Below are positions 38,201-53,200 of a stretch of DNA of 64,000 bases, piece after piece. Source of the stretch: Ruditapes philippinarum. Taxonomy: Eukaryota. A program made the translations under genes and the position numbers. The stretch lies in assembly GCF_026571515.1 (NCBI RefSeq), contig NW_026858687.1, positions 62,001 to 126,000 of the forward strand, given 5' to 3'. The first letter of the stretch is position 1; each line of letters starts with the position of its first letter. Below the pieces are notes generated by a model. It was not told where the DNA came from. It saw only the letters and a list, made by a program, of their open reading frames with translations, and did not search any database.

Positions 38201-41200
38201 AGGGTTTGTAAACGAACAGCATGGATCCTGATCAGACTGCGTGGATGCGCAGGCTGGTGTTGATCCATGCTGGTCGCAAGCGCATTATGTTGGTTTTGTC
38301 ATGGCGCGGCTCATTTGTCGATATCACGTGCCAAATAACTTTAATTGTTCATACTACTAAACTTTTAAAACTTTAACATAGCAAAATTCTTCAGGCGTGT
38401 TGCTTTACATAATCTGTATATAACAAATATTTAAACACTTGAGTGTTTTGAAAGTATTTTTTCTGTACACAAGATAATAAATCAAGTTTAATTTACAATT
38501 TATTTTTGCGTTCAGTTATTCCAATTACATGAAGCCAGATAACATACTTCGTGCACTTCAATGTTTTGGCACATGCTAACTCGAGTAAAGTCAACCACGG
38601 CATGACAATAATTTTTGTGGCATTAATAAGTGAAATACCCTGTTTCCTTAACCAGTTCGACATTTTTAGGTTCATGTGTTCATTCCTAGCTGTTTACTTT
38701 ACAACACTATGCATACTAATACATGTATAATGATCATTTTATTCACTTCGATAAAAACATACATTTCTTGTGGGGAAAACACTGTATAATGTGTGGCGGT
38801 GTGGGGTGGGGGTGCTAAATATTATAGAAAATGTTTATTTACCAACAGGCTGACATTTATTTGAATTTGCATATGCGTATAACATTGTTGAAATTTTATG
38901 TTTTCAATTATATCGATTAGAGTACATATGTATATATTTTCTTTTCGTTCGAATGCCATAGTTTTAAAAGTTTGGCATTTCAAAGCTAACAAGACAAAGC
39001 TAAATACATTCCAAATGGTTTTATCGATATGATAACAACATTTCATTTTAGATTTTAACTGATACAAACCATAAAAGCGTATAGGAATCTAAACTATAGT
39101 GAAATACACAAAACAACAACACAAGACAAAAAACAACAAAAAAACAAACAAACAAACCAAGAAAGAGCACCCCAACTAAAACAACAACAACAAAAAACAA
39201 CAATAACAACATCAACAACAAAAAACCCATTCAGTTTCATTTTTTTGTTTGTTTTTGTTTCAGTGACTGTTGCTGTGAGCAGCTCACCTCTCAACCAAGT
39301 TCAGATTGACACCCTCGCTAATACAATGAGTATAAAAGCTAAGAACTTGTACAACTTGAGGGATAATGAAAAGACACACACGGTCAGACTATACGTAAAG
39401 AACACCGGAAGTGAAGATATTCCTCCCACAGGTTGGCGATTGTACTTTCACAGCATGTACTTGATGTACCCGGATGTGTTTCCAAAGAACATGACAGTTG
39501 AACTTGAAGTAGAGCATATCACTGTTGGCATGGTACAAGGAGACTTGTACTATCTCGAGCCAAGCTCAGGGTTTGTCGGGATACATCCTGGTGAAGAAAG
39601 GGTATATGACATCGTAGCTAAATTCTGGATGATTTCCAGAACGGATTTTATGCCCCTCTGGTACGTTGTCTCCACAAATGGTGGCATAAAGCCACGTGTA
39701 GTGAAAACAATTGAAAGTCTTGATTTGGAATATGTTGAACCCTATGATGACGTCAGGCAGTGGAAAAGATTTGCTGCAGACAGATATAACCCATTCACAG
39801 CACAAAAAAGATTAGAAAGATACAAAACTACTGACACAAGAAAGGTATATGCATATTTTTTTTCTCTCTCCAGGATTATATTGATTCTTTGTCAAAACAA
39901 GAGTTAGTTAATGCATGCAACCCCCTCTGTTGAATGATACTCTGATTTTCATTGAACAATTGATAAGCAGCTTACTTCTTAAGCAATTAAAAGTGGATTG
40001 GTCTGAAAATGTGCAAATTTTCAAAAAGAAATTCAAATATTAATAAAACAATTGAATATTCTGAAAAATATTTCTTGGAACTAATGTTGATAAGAGTTCT
40101 AAGTGATTTGGTTTGAGCATTTATATGATTAAAAAGAATGTTTTGTTCAAGAACAATTGATTATCTGCTTTATGTAAATATTTTATATTGGATCCTGTAT
40201 CACAGTCATACCAACAACATCCATTTATAATTGTTTTTGTGGTTTGTTGTCATGTATATTAATAAATAAACAACAACATGATTATTCATGGTTATACATT
40301 CATTCAATTTTGACAAATTCAAAAGCTTTTTATTATAATAAGCATGTCGTTTACTTAATATAATACCTATACTTTTAGTATTAACGTTGTTTTGCAGCCT
40401 TTTAGGAAGTTTTAACAAGTGAAATCAACTGGCGATGACACTCTTAACAAAACTGCTTGTAATACTGTGTTTATAAAATGAGGGAATTGAGAAGCCTGTT
40501 CGAAGAGGTTATTTAATGTATTTTATAGGTAGAGAAAATTGTTATACCCACACCCAAACATGTTGAAATCAACGAGGAGGTAACTATAGCTGAATTGAAT
40601 GAGGAATGGTCAATCCACGTTGCCGATTCTAGATACAATCAAGTCGGTCTTTACCTCAGCGGTAATTAAAATTAAATTCTCTCCTTATAATCGGGTTATA
40701 ACTACCCCATTGTTTTAGAATAAAGAAAGAATGAATGAAAGAAAGAAAGATAGAAAAAATAAAGAAAAATGAAATGCAGCTGTGGAAAAAGACACATATT
40801 AAGTTTTTAAATGGAAAGAAAAAGAAATATGTTTCAAGTAGACAGAGCTCGATTACATAAACTTGAAACTGCCGATTTTGAAAAAAGAAAAAGAATGTAG
40901 CTTAGTCTTTAATAGTAATGATCTTTTTCAANNNNNNNNNNNNNNNNNNNNNNNNNNNNNNNNNNNNNNNNNNNNNNNNNNNNNNNNNNNNNNNNNNNNN
41001 NNNNNNNNNNNNNNNNNNNNNNNNNNNNNNNNNNNNNNNNNNNNNNNNNNNNNNNNNNNNNNNNNNNNNNNNNNNNNNNNNNNNNNNNNNNNNNNNNNNN
41101 NNNNNNNNNNNNNNNNNNNNNNNNNNNNNNNNNNNNNNNNNNNNNNNNNNNNNNNNNNNNNNNNNNNNNNNNNNNNNNCTGGAAACTGCCGATTTTGAAA

Positions 41201-44200
41201 AAAAGGATATAATTTACACTTTAGTAATTATCTTTGTTAAACCTCTAATTCAACCAGACTGAGTGAAATTTTTAATTTGTTACCGTGTTACATTGCTTTC
41301 TTTATGATCATTTTTCTGGAAATTATTTTTCTATATTTCAGATGTGCTACACCTGAAAAATGTGACATCAAGCTTACCTTCTAAGAATGTTATCATACTG
41401 GATATAACAGATAATCCATCCTCTGCCGAGTCATATACTTTACGAACAGATCCTAGAAATAACAAAATACATCTACGAAGCAAAGATGAGAAGGGAATAT
41501 TCAATGCAGCAAACTCACTGTGGAGTATTGTAGACGGTTATAAAAGAAAGGACATTCCTGACATTACAATAACTGATGAACCAAGATTTCATTACAGGGG
41601 ACTACATGTTGACGTGGCACGTAACTTTCATGGTTTGTCCGACATTAAAAGAATCATGAGAGCGATGGCAATGTACAAAATGAACAAACTGCACCTTCAT
41701 TTGTCCGACGACGAAGGTTGGAGACTAGAAATACCCGGCCTTCCCGAACTTACTGAGGTATGAAAATATTACAATAAAACAAGGTTTACTGGCATTTGTA
41801 CTAAAACTGTTTTCTTGATAACATGAATCAAAAAGTCTGTTTTGTATTGTTATTTTTGACGACAGAAAAAAATCTGGCATAAAGAGTTAGTTGTTCATCC
41901 CTATTACAAAGAGATATTTTCTATTAATCAAACACTATTAAAGCAAGTGAACATATGTTTCTATAAACAGAGACATGGGATCAAGGCCATCGCGAGTTAA
42001 GTATGATAATTTTTTCGTTGACTCTGTGTTAAAAGTTATTATTACATTTCGCCTTCATGGTTTTGACTTGGTTTGGTGCCTCTGGGTGCCCTACTGTGCA
42101 GAGGTAGCTAGGGTGTGTCGAGAGCTGCGTCCTGTGAACGTTGCCTTTGCCTTGTTGATCTTTATTCTCATGTTGTTTTTTTTACATAAATGTGTTGTCA
42201 TGACGAGACTACTACTTTTTTCAGGTTGGAGGTCAACGTTGTCATGACTACAACAATAGAAAATGTATAATACCCCAATTTGGTTCTGGCCCTTTTAATA
42301 CATCGTCAGGGTCAGGGTATTTTACAACAAGCGAATATAAAGAACTGCTTCAGTTTGCTAAAGAACGTCATATTGAAGTGATACCAGAATTTGATATGCC
42401 AGGTCACAGCCATGCTGCCATATTTTCGATGGAAGAACGTTATAGAAAATACCATGATGCAAATAATGAAATCGAGGCATTGAAATATAGACTGAGTGAC
42501 CCGGAAGATATATCAGAATACATTTCTGTACAACAATGGCTCGATAATGCAATTAATCCATGTGTGGAGTCGACTTATAAGTTCATAGGAAAGTTGATGG
42601 ATGAAGTTATCGCCCTTCACAAAGATATTCAGCCTCTTGAAATTTATCATTTTGGTGGAGATGAGGTCGCTAAACATGCCTGGGAGAAATCACCAAAATG
42701 TCTAAAATTTATTGATAAAAACCCTACATATAATGTCACAAAAGGTTTGTTACATATTTTGGTCGATGATTTTAATCACGTTTGGCTTTAGCACATGATT
42801 TTTTTTAAATATGTCAGTCTTAAGTTTTAGCGATTTCACATAGAATCGTGGATTCTGTAGTAGTGCCAAATTTTCAGTTCACTTCCCCAAAAGACCTATT
42901 GACTACAAAATTTGAAGTGTGTCACACTGAAAGTGCTGCACTTTGTGAAATCTCTGCCTAAACTACCGGTGTTTCGGCAAATAAGATCATATCATTTTTA
43001 AGCCATAACATACATCATACATTATAATTTTTGTCATAGCGTTTTATAGCATTTATTGAATTCCATTGATTTTCCATTATCTAGGTGTAAAGATATATTT
43101 TGTGGAAAGAGTAGTCACCCTTGCAGCGGAAAGGAATGTAAGTTTGGCTGGTTGGGAAGATGGTTTTGCTGATGGTGAACATGAACCAATAAAACCTGCT
43201 GACCTTGACACAGATACTAATTATGCTATTCCTTGGAACAGCATTTGGGAATGGGAAGGTGGTTCACAATCATATAAACTAGCGAATGCTGGCTTTAAGG
43301 TAAGGTTTTAGGCATTGTATAACTCATTCTCGGAATGCATTTCATCATAGAACTACTATGCATCAATCACCGAAGTCTTCGCTCTGATCACGCTGACTGG
43401 AGTTTGCATAAATTGATTTCAAAAGGATGTTTTCTAAATTAAAAGCGTCGCAAATTCATGCTTTTATGTCAAATACAAATACAGCATAAGCAAGTGCTAG
43501 ATGAAGGTGTGGCTTGCATATACCACATCTGTCTCTGATAAGGCTCATCCAAAACCAAGCATGCATTACTTTCAATTTGACTCCTGCTGTCTCTATTTTA
43601 TTTGCACATTTCTTTACTTCAAAGGTTATCTTAGCACAGGCAACGAATATTTATTTTGACCACCCACAAGAACCAGATCCCGAAGAGCGTGGCCTTTATT
43701 GGGCAACAAGGTTCACAGATACATACAAAGTTTTAAAGTTCATACCAGATTCACTTTATGATAACATCTTCGAGGAGAGAAGTGGAATAGCAACAACAAA
43801 AACTAAAATATGTGGTCCAAACTCAGAGAAGTGTGAGCAGTTGGAAAGAAAAGAAAATATAATCGGTATGATCAACATAATTTTACAAATTGACATTCAT
43901 TCTAAAGAATATTTTTTATAGGATGGAGTTGATGATAAATAATATTAAGCTAAGTGTACAAAGAAAAAAAATTGTTAGTTGTTGATAATACACTGACCTG
44001 TACCTTGTAAAGCTGCCATACGAATGGAATAGACAGCAAATATGCCAATAGCTTAAAATTTAAATTTCATGTTAGATCATTCCAGGATAAATACAACATG
44101 TACAATGCAATAGATATGAAAACTAAGTCATATTACAGGCATGGAAGGCACAATGTTTAGCGAGACCATACGAACAAGTGAGAACGTAGACTACATGCTT

Positions 44201-47200
44201 TTTCCTCGATTAGTTGCCCTAGCAGAAAGGGCATGGCACAAGGCAGGGTTTGAGGACGAATCCATTTCTTTACCGGAAAGGGAGGATCGGTTTTCTCGTG
44301 AATGGGAGGATTTTGCTAATACTCTTGGATATAAAGAACTTCAAAGATTAGATAATCTCGGAATAAAGTATAGAGTTCCTCCCCCTGGCGCAAGGTTTGA
44401 AATATTTTTCTTCGGTATATTTGAGTGCAAGAATACGATAACATGTCCCTTACAATTATATAGGATTTGAAAAAGCCATCCAGCAAGCTGACAATATGTC
44501 GATGGTTTTACTCAGGTACCTATTTGTACCTGTAATGATGCACGTATGTGGCACATGAAATCTTCCTCCAGCAGTAAAGCTGGAAAGTCGCCATATTATC
44601 TCTGATGTGTTGGTGCAGCCTGAAAAAACGTTTTTTTTATAGATGTATATAATGGTTCTCCTTTACTGTTATCAGCCTAGAATCTTACTTATTATATATC
44701 AACAGTATAGAGAATTATGGAAACATTTTCTTTAATTAATTTTTGGCCTTGAATGGTTGTCTTGGTTGTATTGATAATATATTTGTATAAATTGACTAAT
44801 GCTAGGTCAGCCTCGGAACCTAAGGTTTTGTTTGTACACGAATGTTATTGTTTGTAGAGTGAGTGATGATGGACAAGTGGAAATATCTACAGTTTATCCT
44901 GGACTTAAAGCTCAGTATAGCTACAACGACGGACACACGTGGTCAAATGTCTCCGCTGAAAACACTTTTGAATGGCAGATTCCGGAAAATTCAAGTCTTC
45001 ATTTACGGACAATGTACGTTAATAATAATTTCATCACAATGTTTATAGTCTTTATTTTGTCCTGTATAGAAGATAAATCAAGGCTTGAGAACAATCTTTG
45101 CTGTTTTAATTTTATGAATAGTGAAATGATTACATCATTCGAAAGAAGTCTTACAACTTATCTTTTTGTTGGACAAAAAGTGTGTTTAAATCTCACATGA
45201 CAGACACATGTTAAATCGCCTAAAATTCACTATTTGTATTAGATATTTGACATGTACGAGACAATTTAAACAAACACGTTTATATCAATAGATTTGCGAA
45301 AAATAGTTCTTCTTATCACTGACATAAAGAAATAGAAGTTATAAATCAAAAATTAGAATTATACCTCCACTGCTGAATGTTTACAAAACAAAGTTTTGTC
45401 ATTAATTTGATAAAGTTTGCACTTTTAACATGAATAGGTTGTTGGCTACATATTCATTTTACCGATTTTCCCATTGTTTATTATCTTATTTGTAAATTAT
45501 TTTTGTATGATGAAATATTTTGTCGGCCAGGAAGGCATAAAGCTGAAATTTCATTGGACCACATACTTAGATTATTTAGAACGTGCAAACATGTTTATCA
45601 ACTTTTACCTTGAAATTCCAGTGCATTTTGTTATGTTATCTTAGGTCATTTAAACTTGTAATCTGTAAGAGACATTTGAGAAGTTAAATGGCGCAACTTT
45701 GTTTGTCTTTTATGCATTCAAATTGAGGTTTAAATCATTTCCGAAGTATTTTTTTTATTAAAACGTTGAACACGAATGACATTTTAGAAATGTGTCATTC
45801 CAATAAAAAAAAAACCCAGAGGCAACGGTTTGTTACTTGTTAGCGCGTGCTGTTTATTAAGTAGAGGCGGGGTGGGGGTGGTAGGGGCATTGGGAAGTAC
45901 AAATGTATTACATTCCATTGACGTTGCCCTCCCTTGTATATCGTTGCTCTTATATTTGAAGTAACCTTGTAGATAAAATTAGTGTATCACATAGCTACTC
46001 AATTAATTTTTGCAATAACAAACTATTATTTTTAGGTTTTTTGTTTGGTTTTCACATGTGTTTGTACCCACATATCAAGTTTTGTTTGAATAAGTCAAGA
46101 CAGTGAACTTGAAATTTGTACCATTGCTGACATTGATTTTCTTGCATATCAGACAGGATTATCTACCGTTTACACCGGGCTAGAAAACCCTGTCTTACAC
46201 CCTGTCTTACACCCCCCATGTAAGACAAGTCGCGTGCTTTAAATGAGTCATTGCTGCGCGCCTTTTATGAATGAATTGCGTTGTTATGATGACGTCACTT
46301 AACCGTCATGAATGAAGTTGTACGTTCATACGCTACTATAATAAAAAAGTGCGTAATGAGAATATAGGTTTTCGTAATTTCTGTTCTGAAAATAATTGAT
46401 ATGTAATATGCAAGAAAAAGAATCAAACACTGGCTGTCGGTACAGACGGGAATATCTAGCTCTCGGGTAACTGTTTAGCGGAAACTCGGCAGAGCCTCGT
46501 TACCGCCGTAAACAGTCACCCTCGAGCTAGATATTCCGGTCTGTACCGGCAGCCAGTGTAAGATTCATATAGTATTCCCAGTTACTGATATCTTTTAAAC
46601 TTGAAATTCTTCTTGAGTTTGTTGAGGAGAACAAATAATTTAAGACACAATTTACAGTGTACTAATTACATTGTATTTCGATATGCATAGCGACACTATC
46701 TTGGTGAAAATGAACAATTCAAACAAGGCCTGAAGAACAAAGCCATATCTTACTGAACAATTTTGCTTGATAATCAATGTTATATCACAATATTTTAACT
46801 AACTTAACGTTACTAATTAACAGATCAGCCGACGGTATGAGGCATAGCCGGGTAGTAGAATTATTTAAGGGTAAGTCTACTTAACAAGAATACAGTATTA
46901 ACTTATTTATTCGTTGACAAATTTGTGAGAGCTTGAATATTCGGAAGTTTGAATGACAGGTTACATTAACTCCAAAACATTCTGATAATATTATTTTAAA
47001 CGCCGTTATTTGTCTGATTTGGACACTTTTTTAAAAAAGCATGATTTAATGAAATTCTCAAACTGAAGTAGATCAAGCAGTCAACGCTTTAATAGCAAAT
47101 TTGCAAAGTATCGAAAAGTTTTTTTCAAAGATCATGTTTACATGAAAGCACGGCAGGCAACTCAAAATATTGATTTTATCGTTTGTGTCTATGACAGTTG

Positions 47201-50200
47201 CAACATTTCCATTTGTCCTAGATGTGATGTGTATATCTTCAGCAAAAATATATAATAATAATAATAATATATAAGTGTCATAATCTATCGTATTGCTTTC
47301 ATAGACATAGTCTATATCTTTTTTTACATAAAATTTCATTAGAAAACCTTTTAAAATACAACTTTTCAATGTGTTTACTGGTTGTTTATTTTACATTTAG
47401 ATGAACCTCGAGACTGGTCAGATCAACCACTGATAGATTACATTGCTGACAATGTTAAAGTGCACGTTGATGTTATAAGTAATCTAGAGAAAACTGAAGA
47501 TAATTATATAGCGTTACAGTTAAAGCTGCAAAATAGCGGAGATACAGATATCCCTAGAGGAACATGGAAGATATACTTCTACAGGTTTGTCTTGAAATAA
47601 CATTGATTAGTTACACTAATGAGTCTGTTATAGGATGTGTTTGTATTAAATAAATATTATATTGATTATGGATATTTTTTAATTGTGACATTTGGATATC
47701 TTTAATTTTGACTTATATTCATTTCTTGTCAATATAATAGTTATCTGTTCCTATGGCCAATATCCTCGATACTTAGTTTCTTTAACTGTACCGCAACCGC
47801 CTGAGAACTGTTTAGACGTAAAGGTTTACTTACATTTAATTAATTAAGCACATTTGACGAAACTTATAATAAATTATATAAATTTTTGATAATTGTTGTA
47901 TTACAACATATATCTTCATAAAATGTATATATATATAATTATATAATTGTTATTATTTTGATACAGCCTGTATGGAGCTAAGGTAGAATCTTTGTCTTGT
48001 GGCTTAAGGCTTGGACATGAAAACGGTGGCTTGTATTATTTAACAGCAGAAGATAAAGGTTTCTCTGGTATCGCCGCACGAGAAACTCTAACATGCCAGT
48101 ATCATAACAGATACTGGATGATTTCACGTTCAGACAATATGCCAAACTGGTATGTAACTTCTCTTGGAATGACAGCAAAGGTACTCAAAAGCACGGAAAG
48201 TGAAATCATAGACTATGTAGGAAAATTTGATACTCCTGCAAAATGGAAACGCGCAAAGAACGACCAATATGATCCGTACTCACCTGCAACAAGATACGAT
48301 CTCTATAAATCCTCTGAAATCCAAACACAACACTACAAAATAGTACCAACGCCATTTAAAACAACTATGACGAATGACGAGGTGATTTCATTTACGTCAA
48401 CTGATTGGGAGATTGTAAATTCGTCCAGATTCCCATCTGAAGTAGAATATCTAGCAGGTAACATAGATAATGTTGAATATTAACAACACATATTATTAAT
48501 ACACTTATACAAGATAGGAAAATTACATTACAATAAACACATGTCTGTTGTAAATGAAAAGGTCTTAGAAACATAACGACTTTTGATTTATTATGTTATG
48601 AAAGTCATTATTGAAACAGATAATTTCACAAAAACACAAACATATTTATTCTGAGACATTTCAAGGGGCTAGACTTTTTTGTTTAATAAGTCTAACGAGT
48701 AGTAGACGATTAGTAGTTTACAATCACTTTTACTTACTTTTCTTAGTTTGAAATTTAGATAATGTCAAGACTTGACATATGTTACCAAGTCATTATTTTC
48801 TTTTTTATTCAAAGTTTAGATATGAACTATCTTTTTCGTATAGAAATGATTTTTTGTTTATCTATTTATTTTTTTGCAAGTTATTTCATCACAAATGTGT
48901 TTTATTTGTTTCAGACAAGTTGAATATGTCCGTTGTATCCGCTGGTCAAAGCAAAATAGTAACTTTTGTTCAAGGGAGTCCGAGTGAAAATGGTCCAGAA
49001 GCTTATGATTTGGACATAAACCCGGGGACCAGTAAAATAACCATTACTGCAGGCAGTCCTGCAGGGGCTTTCTATGGTGTTCAATCATTAATAAGTCTTG
49101 TTGAAGGTAATGATGGTAACCTGGTACAGATGAACATAAAAGACAAACCAAGGTTAGTCAGTGTAATGTAGTTAATTCACTGGATAAGGCAAAATCGACT
49201 TTAAGGGGCATATAAGAAAAAAAGTTTGTTTCTTAAATATGGACAAGAATATACATAAATACTGTTATTCAGATGTTTTAGTGCACACAGTTGTCTCTGT
49301 ATTAATTTTAGAATGTCTTTAAGCCACATTTCTTTATTATGGCTATATAGCCAGATGGATCATGTTGTCACAGAATGAGGCAACATAAGCGATTTTTATT
49401 GATGCTCCAGTTTCCATGATACACATAAAATATATTTAGGTTTCACCTAAAGTATGTCATTTTGCTATATATGCTATACCATATTATTTTAAAGCCATAA
49501 ACCAAGAACCGTTGTCCATGATAACCACCCTATGAACACATCTGAAAAATTCTAAATTATAACAGTTCATGTTAAATGTTGAATTGTGCTTAAGCCGGTG
49601 CTATGGGGCGTGGACGGTAGTTTGCATGTGGCAGTACAGTCCGTGAACAGACTCAATCAAACCGAGCCTGCAACATTTTCAATTTTGCCATGTTGGGCTT
49701 TCTTTAGGGCTTCTGATTTTCTCTAGTTTATCGCCACATCAGCATTGTTTGTGCCGTGTGGAGGCTGTAAAAATTCGCCAAGTACATTCAATCAGAGATG
49801 TTATATTTCCGATCCTTAAAGATCGTTCAGCACGACATTATTGTTGTGCTTGTTGTAATTTAGTTTTTTATATTCGGCTATTTTCTTGTTGGGTGGTTCC
49901 AGTATTCCTCACTTGAATACTGTTGAATCACCCTTAGGATATGTGGCCTGCTTTTTAAATTTGTCTTTTGACGTCTTATCTGTGATATGCAGGCTTCATA
50001 ACTTCTGATCCCCTTTCAAAATTCCATTTTATTTAGTTCCGCTCATTGTTTACTTTTAAGGCACACGCATTTTTTTTTACTTCGAGACCATATGCCGCTT
50101 TTTATGTAATGGCACTTACGTGTCACATTGAAAGTTCCATGATAACCGCCATATGAACACATCTGCGGATGTTTCAAATTCAAAATTATACCAGTTCACG

Positions 50201-53200
50201 TTCATGTTGAATTCTGCTTAAACCGGTGCTTTGGGGCGTGGACGGTAGTTTGAACTTGACAGCACCGCCCATGAACAGGCTCAATAAAACCGAGCCTGCA
50301 ACTTTTTCAATTTTGCCGAGTTGGGCTTTCTTTAGGGATTCTGATTTTCTCTATTTCAGAAAGGTCTAATGTTATTTTTTTAGATCAAAAATGCCTTAGT
50401 CTCGTTAGTTCCAAATTGAAAGCATCGTTAAAATGGTTAAAGCTAATGCTGATTTTAAATTATGATTAATTAAATGCCATACTTTAGAAAAACAGACATA
50501 GACTCGAATATGAGCACTTAAATTTGTATATATTTAATAATAAACATTGACAGTGTATTTTTCAACACAGGTTCCAGTATCGAGGAGTTATGCCGGACAC
50601 GTCACGGAATTTCAAGCAGAAGGATTGGATTTTAAAATTCATTGATATTATGTCAATGTATAAACTAAACAAGCTTCACTTACATCTGACTGATGACGAG
50701 GGTTGGAGACTTGAAATACCATCTATACCCGAGCTAACACAGGTAAACAAACCTGTGTATACTAGTTTCACTTATTATATTGGCACGCTTTCTGACTGGT
50801 ATCGAAATTGTACCGCTGATCAGTTAGTGCAGTTAAGCTTTTTGGTTATAAAAGTGCTTGTTATCAATTCCAAAGTTTTCCTGGGACATCTGTTTCTCTG
50901 TTTGATAAATTCTGAAAATTTAAAGAGCATTAAAACAAATGAAATAGAAAAAATACATGGCGATTTTATTTCCTTACTACTGAATACAAAATGTATACGT
51001 GTTTCACTAAAATTTATTTCAGACGTGCAGTGTCATCTTTGGACATATTCTAAAAAATATTTAAGACAACAAAAATTATCTATTATTTTGAAAATTAAAA
51101 AAAAAATCAGCATTTTTTAAAATTTACATCTATATTTAACCAGTTAAAACATTTTTTTGTAAAAGTAAACTGCAAACAGACAAAAATAATTAAGAAAATG
51201 TATTAACAACGTATGACGAGTATCATTTAAGAGCAATTCAAATTTGTTAAATATTCCATTAATTTTGGGTCATTTTGATTATGGGATATCATACTAAACT
51301 GAGAGGCAGTATTTGCAAATTGTTAATCAATTATCTTATCTTACAATAACCATTTACTATATATCACATTTTTTATCGTTTATTATATAATATTTTAAGA
51401 TGGGTAGCAAAAGATGTCACAGTGATTATGACGGTATTTGCACAATCCCACAGCTTGGTTCAGGCCCAGATAATAATACACATGGATCCGGCTTTTACAC
51501 TGTCCAGGATTACAAAGACATATTAAAATACGCCAACGATAGACACATACAAGTTATACCTGAGATAGAGACGCCAGGACATGCCACAGCCGCCATTGTT
51601 GCCATGGAATATAGAGAGTCAAAGATCCTCGAGATGAAGAAACATGGAAACAAAATTGTACCAAAATCATACCTGCTCAGTAAACATACAAACAAAAATG
51701 AAATTTTCAGTCCGCAAAAGTGGACCAGAAATGCGATGGATCCATGTTTAAATACAACATATGACTTTGTAGAAACGGTTGTTGATGATCTGATAGAATT
51801 GCACCGAGATGTTCAGCCTCTCACGGTGATACATCTTGGAGGTGACGAGGTCCCAAGTGGTGCATGGGATGATTCGAAAGCTTGCCTTGATATGCTTCAT
51901 AAAGGGCAGACGATAAAGTGAGTGTTCTGTACTAATACATTGCTTATTGCTTTTGTATTTATAGTTCCGTTTTATTTGATTTAATATCTATATGATTTCT
52001 AACTTGATATCTCGCCATTAGATGAACTAAATATTATTACTGTTTAAAATGAAATTGGTATTGTATCATACAACTAATGTGGTTCCAATGGTGAGTTAAC
52101 TCTTAGGATTATCTTCAGTATTTTTCGTCAGAATATTAGAATTTTACTTCTACCCTTTAGGGTCTTAGATAGTAGTTAGTGAAGGATAGGTTTTTGTATC
52201 GTTCTTAGTTCGGGCTTATGTTTTAACTTGTAGATCATTTTGTAAGTTTTAAGAATAAAAAAAACAATAAAGTTTCAATATTGGACCCAATGTTATATTG
52301 CTGATTGTTCGTATGAAATGCATTGTAATTGGCTACTTTTACAGTACTGAAGAACTGAGAAGGATGTTTTCTAAACGTGCTGCAGACATTATTGCTGCTA
52401 AAGGGCTCAAACTGGCATCATGGGATGATGGTATCTATGCCGACAATATACCCAATCCCATCACTGATTATACATCGTAAGTTTTTTCTTTAATTTTAGC
52501 AGTCATATTGATAAATTATCTTCACAGCTGAGTGATATTATAATAAATAGATGCTATGTTAGTTACCTTGTTGAACGGGAAATGACTACATCTAAAAACT
52601 GAAAACTATAAAATTCTGAATATTTTTAATGATGACCATCTTTGATTTTTTGCGGCCATATTAGATTATTGCGGTCATCATTAACAATTGCGACCATGTT
52701 ATATTCGCATAACCCGGATTCCAGGCTTAAATAAAAAAAAAACATTTTAAAGCAACAACAGTGCCATAAGTTTTATGCTTTTTCGGCTTTTAATGCGCAT
52801 ATTTCTTCAGACTTATAGTAGGTTAAAGCTGATATAAATTGTAACATACATGTAACGGTATCGAGGTATCATACAGATTAAGATATTTACAAAAAACGTG
52901 GAACTAAAGATCTTTTTGTTTGGAAAAAAAAATCATTTTAAAGGAGCTTTCTATTTATTCTGTACCAAAAAACTCCCCCTTTCCACGAATTCTAAGTCGG
53001 TTCACGTTTTGGAGTAAAGGTAGTATTCATTTAGCTGTTAAGAGAGCGTACTTCTTAAGTAAAAATACTGTATTATTCAATGCGAAAGACGGAAACTAAA
53101 GTTGAAGGAACCATGCTTAAAATGATGTGAATAAAGCATGATAAGACTCTTTAATGAATTGTCATTACATTTCAGGGATGTATATGTATACACATGGGAT

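Larger units (their letters stand above)
39264..46870 (+). other. Chitobiase module 1 (CHB_HEX carbohydrate-binding domain, GH20b, GH20 barrel, CHB_HEX_C)
   Basis: Catalytic YHFGGDEV near 42645-42668. Ends LRTISADGMRHSRVVEL, resembling the extreme C-terminus of Serratia chitobiase. Confidence 0.9.

Noticed and set aside
39048-39294. Hydrophobic minus-strand ORFs that look like TM peptides
   Set aside because: Translation of the (AAC)n low-complexity tract.
40863-41205. Direct repeat GAAACTGCCGATTTTGAAAAAA on both sides of the gap
   Set aside because: Probably overlapping contig ends or a collapsed repeat at the scaffold gap.
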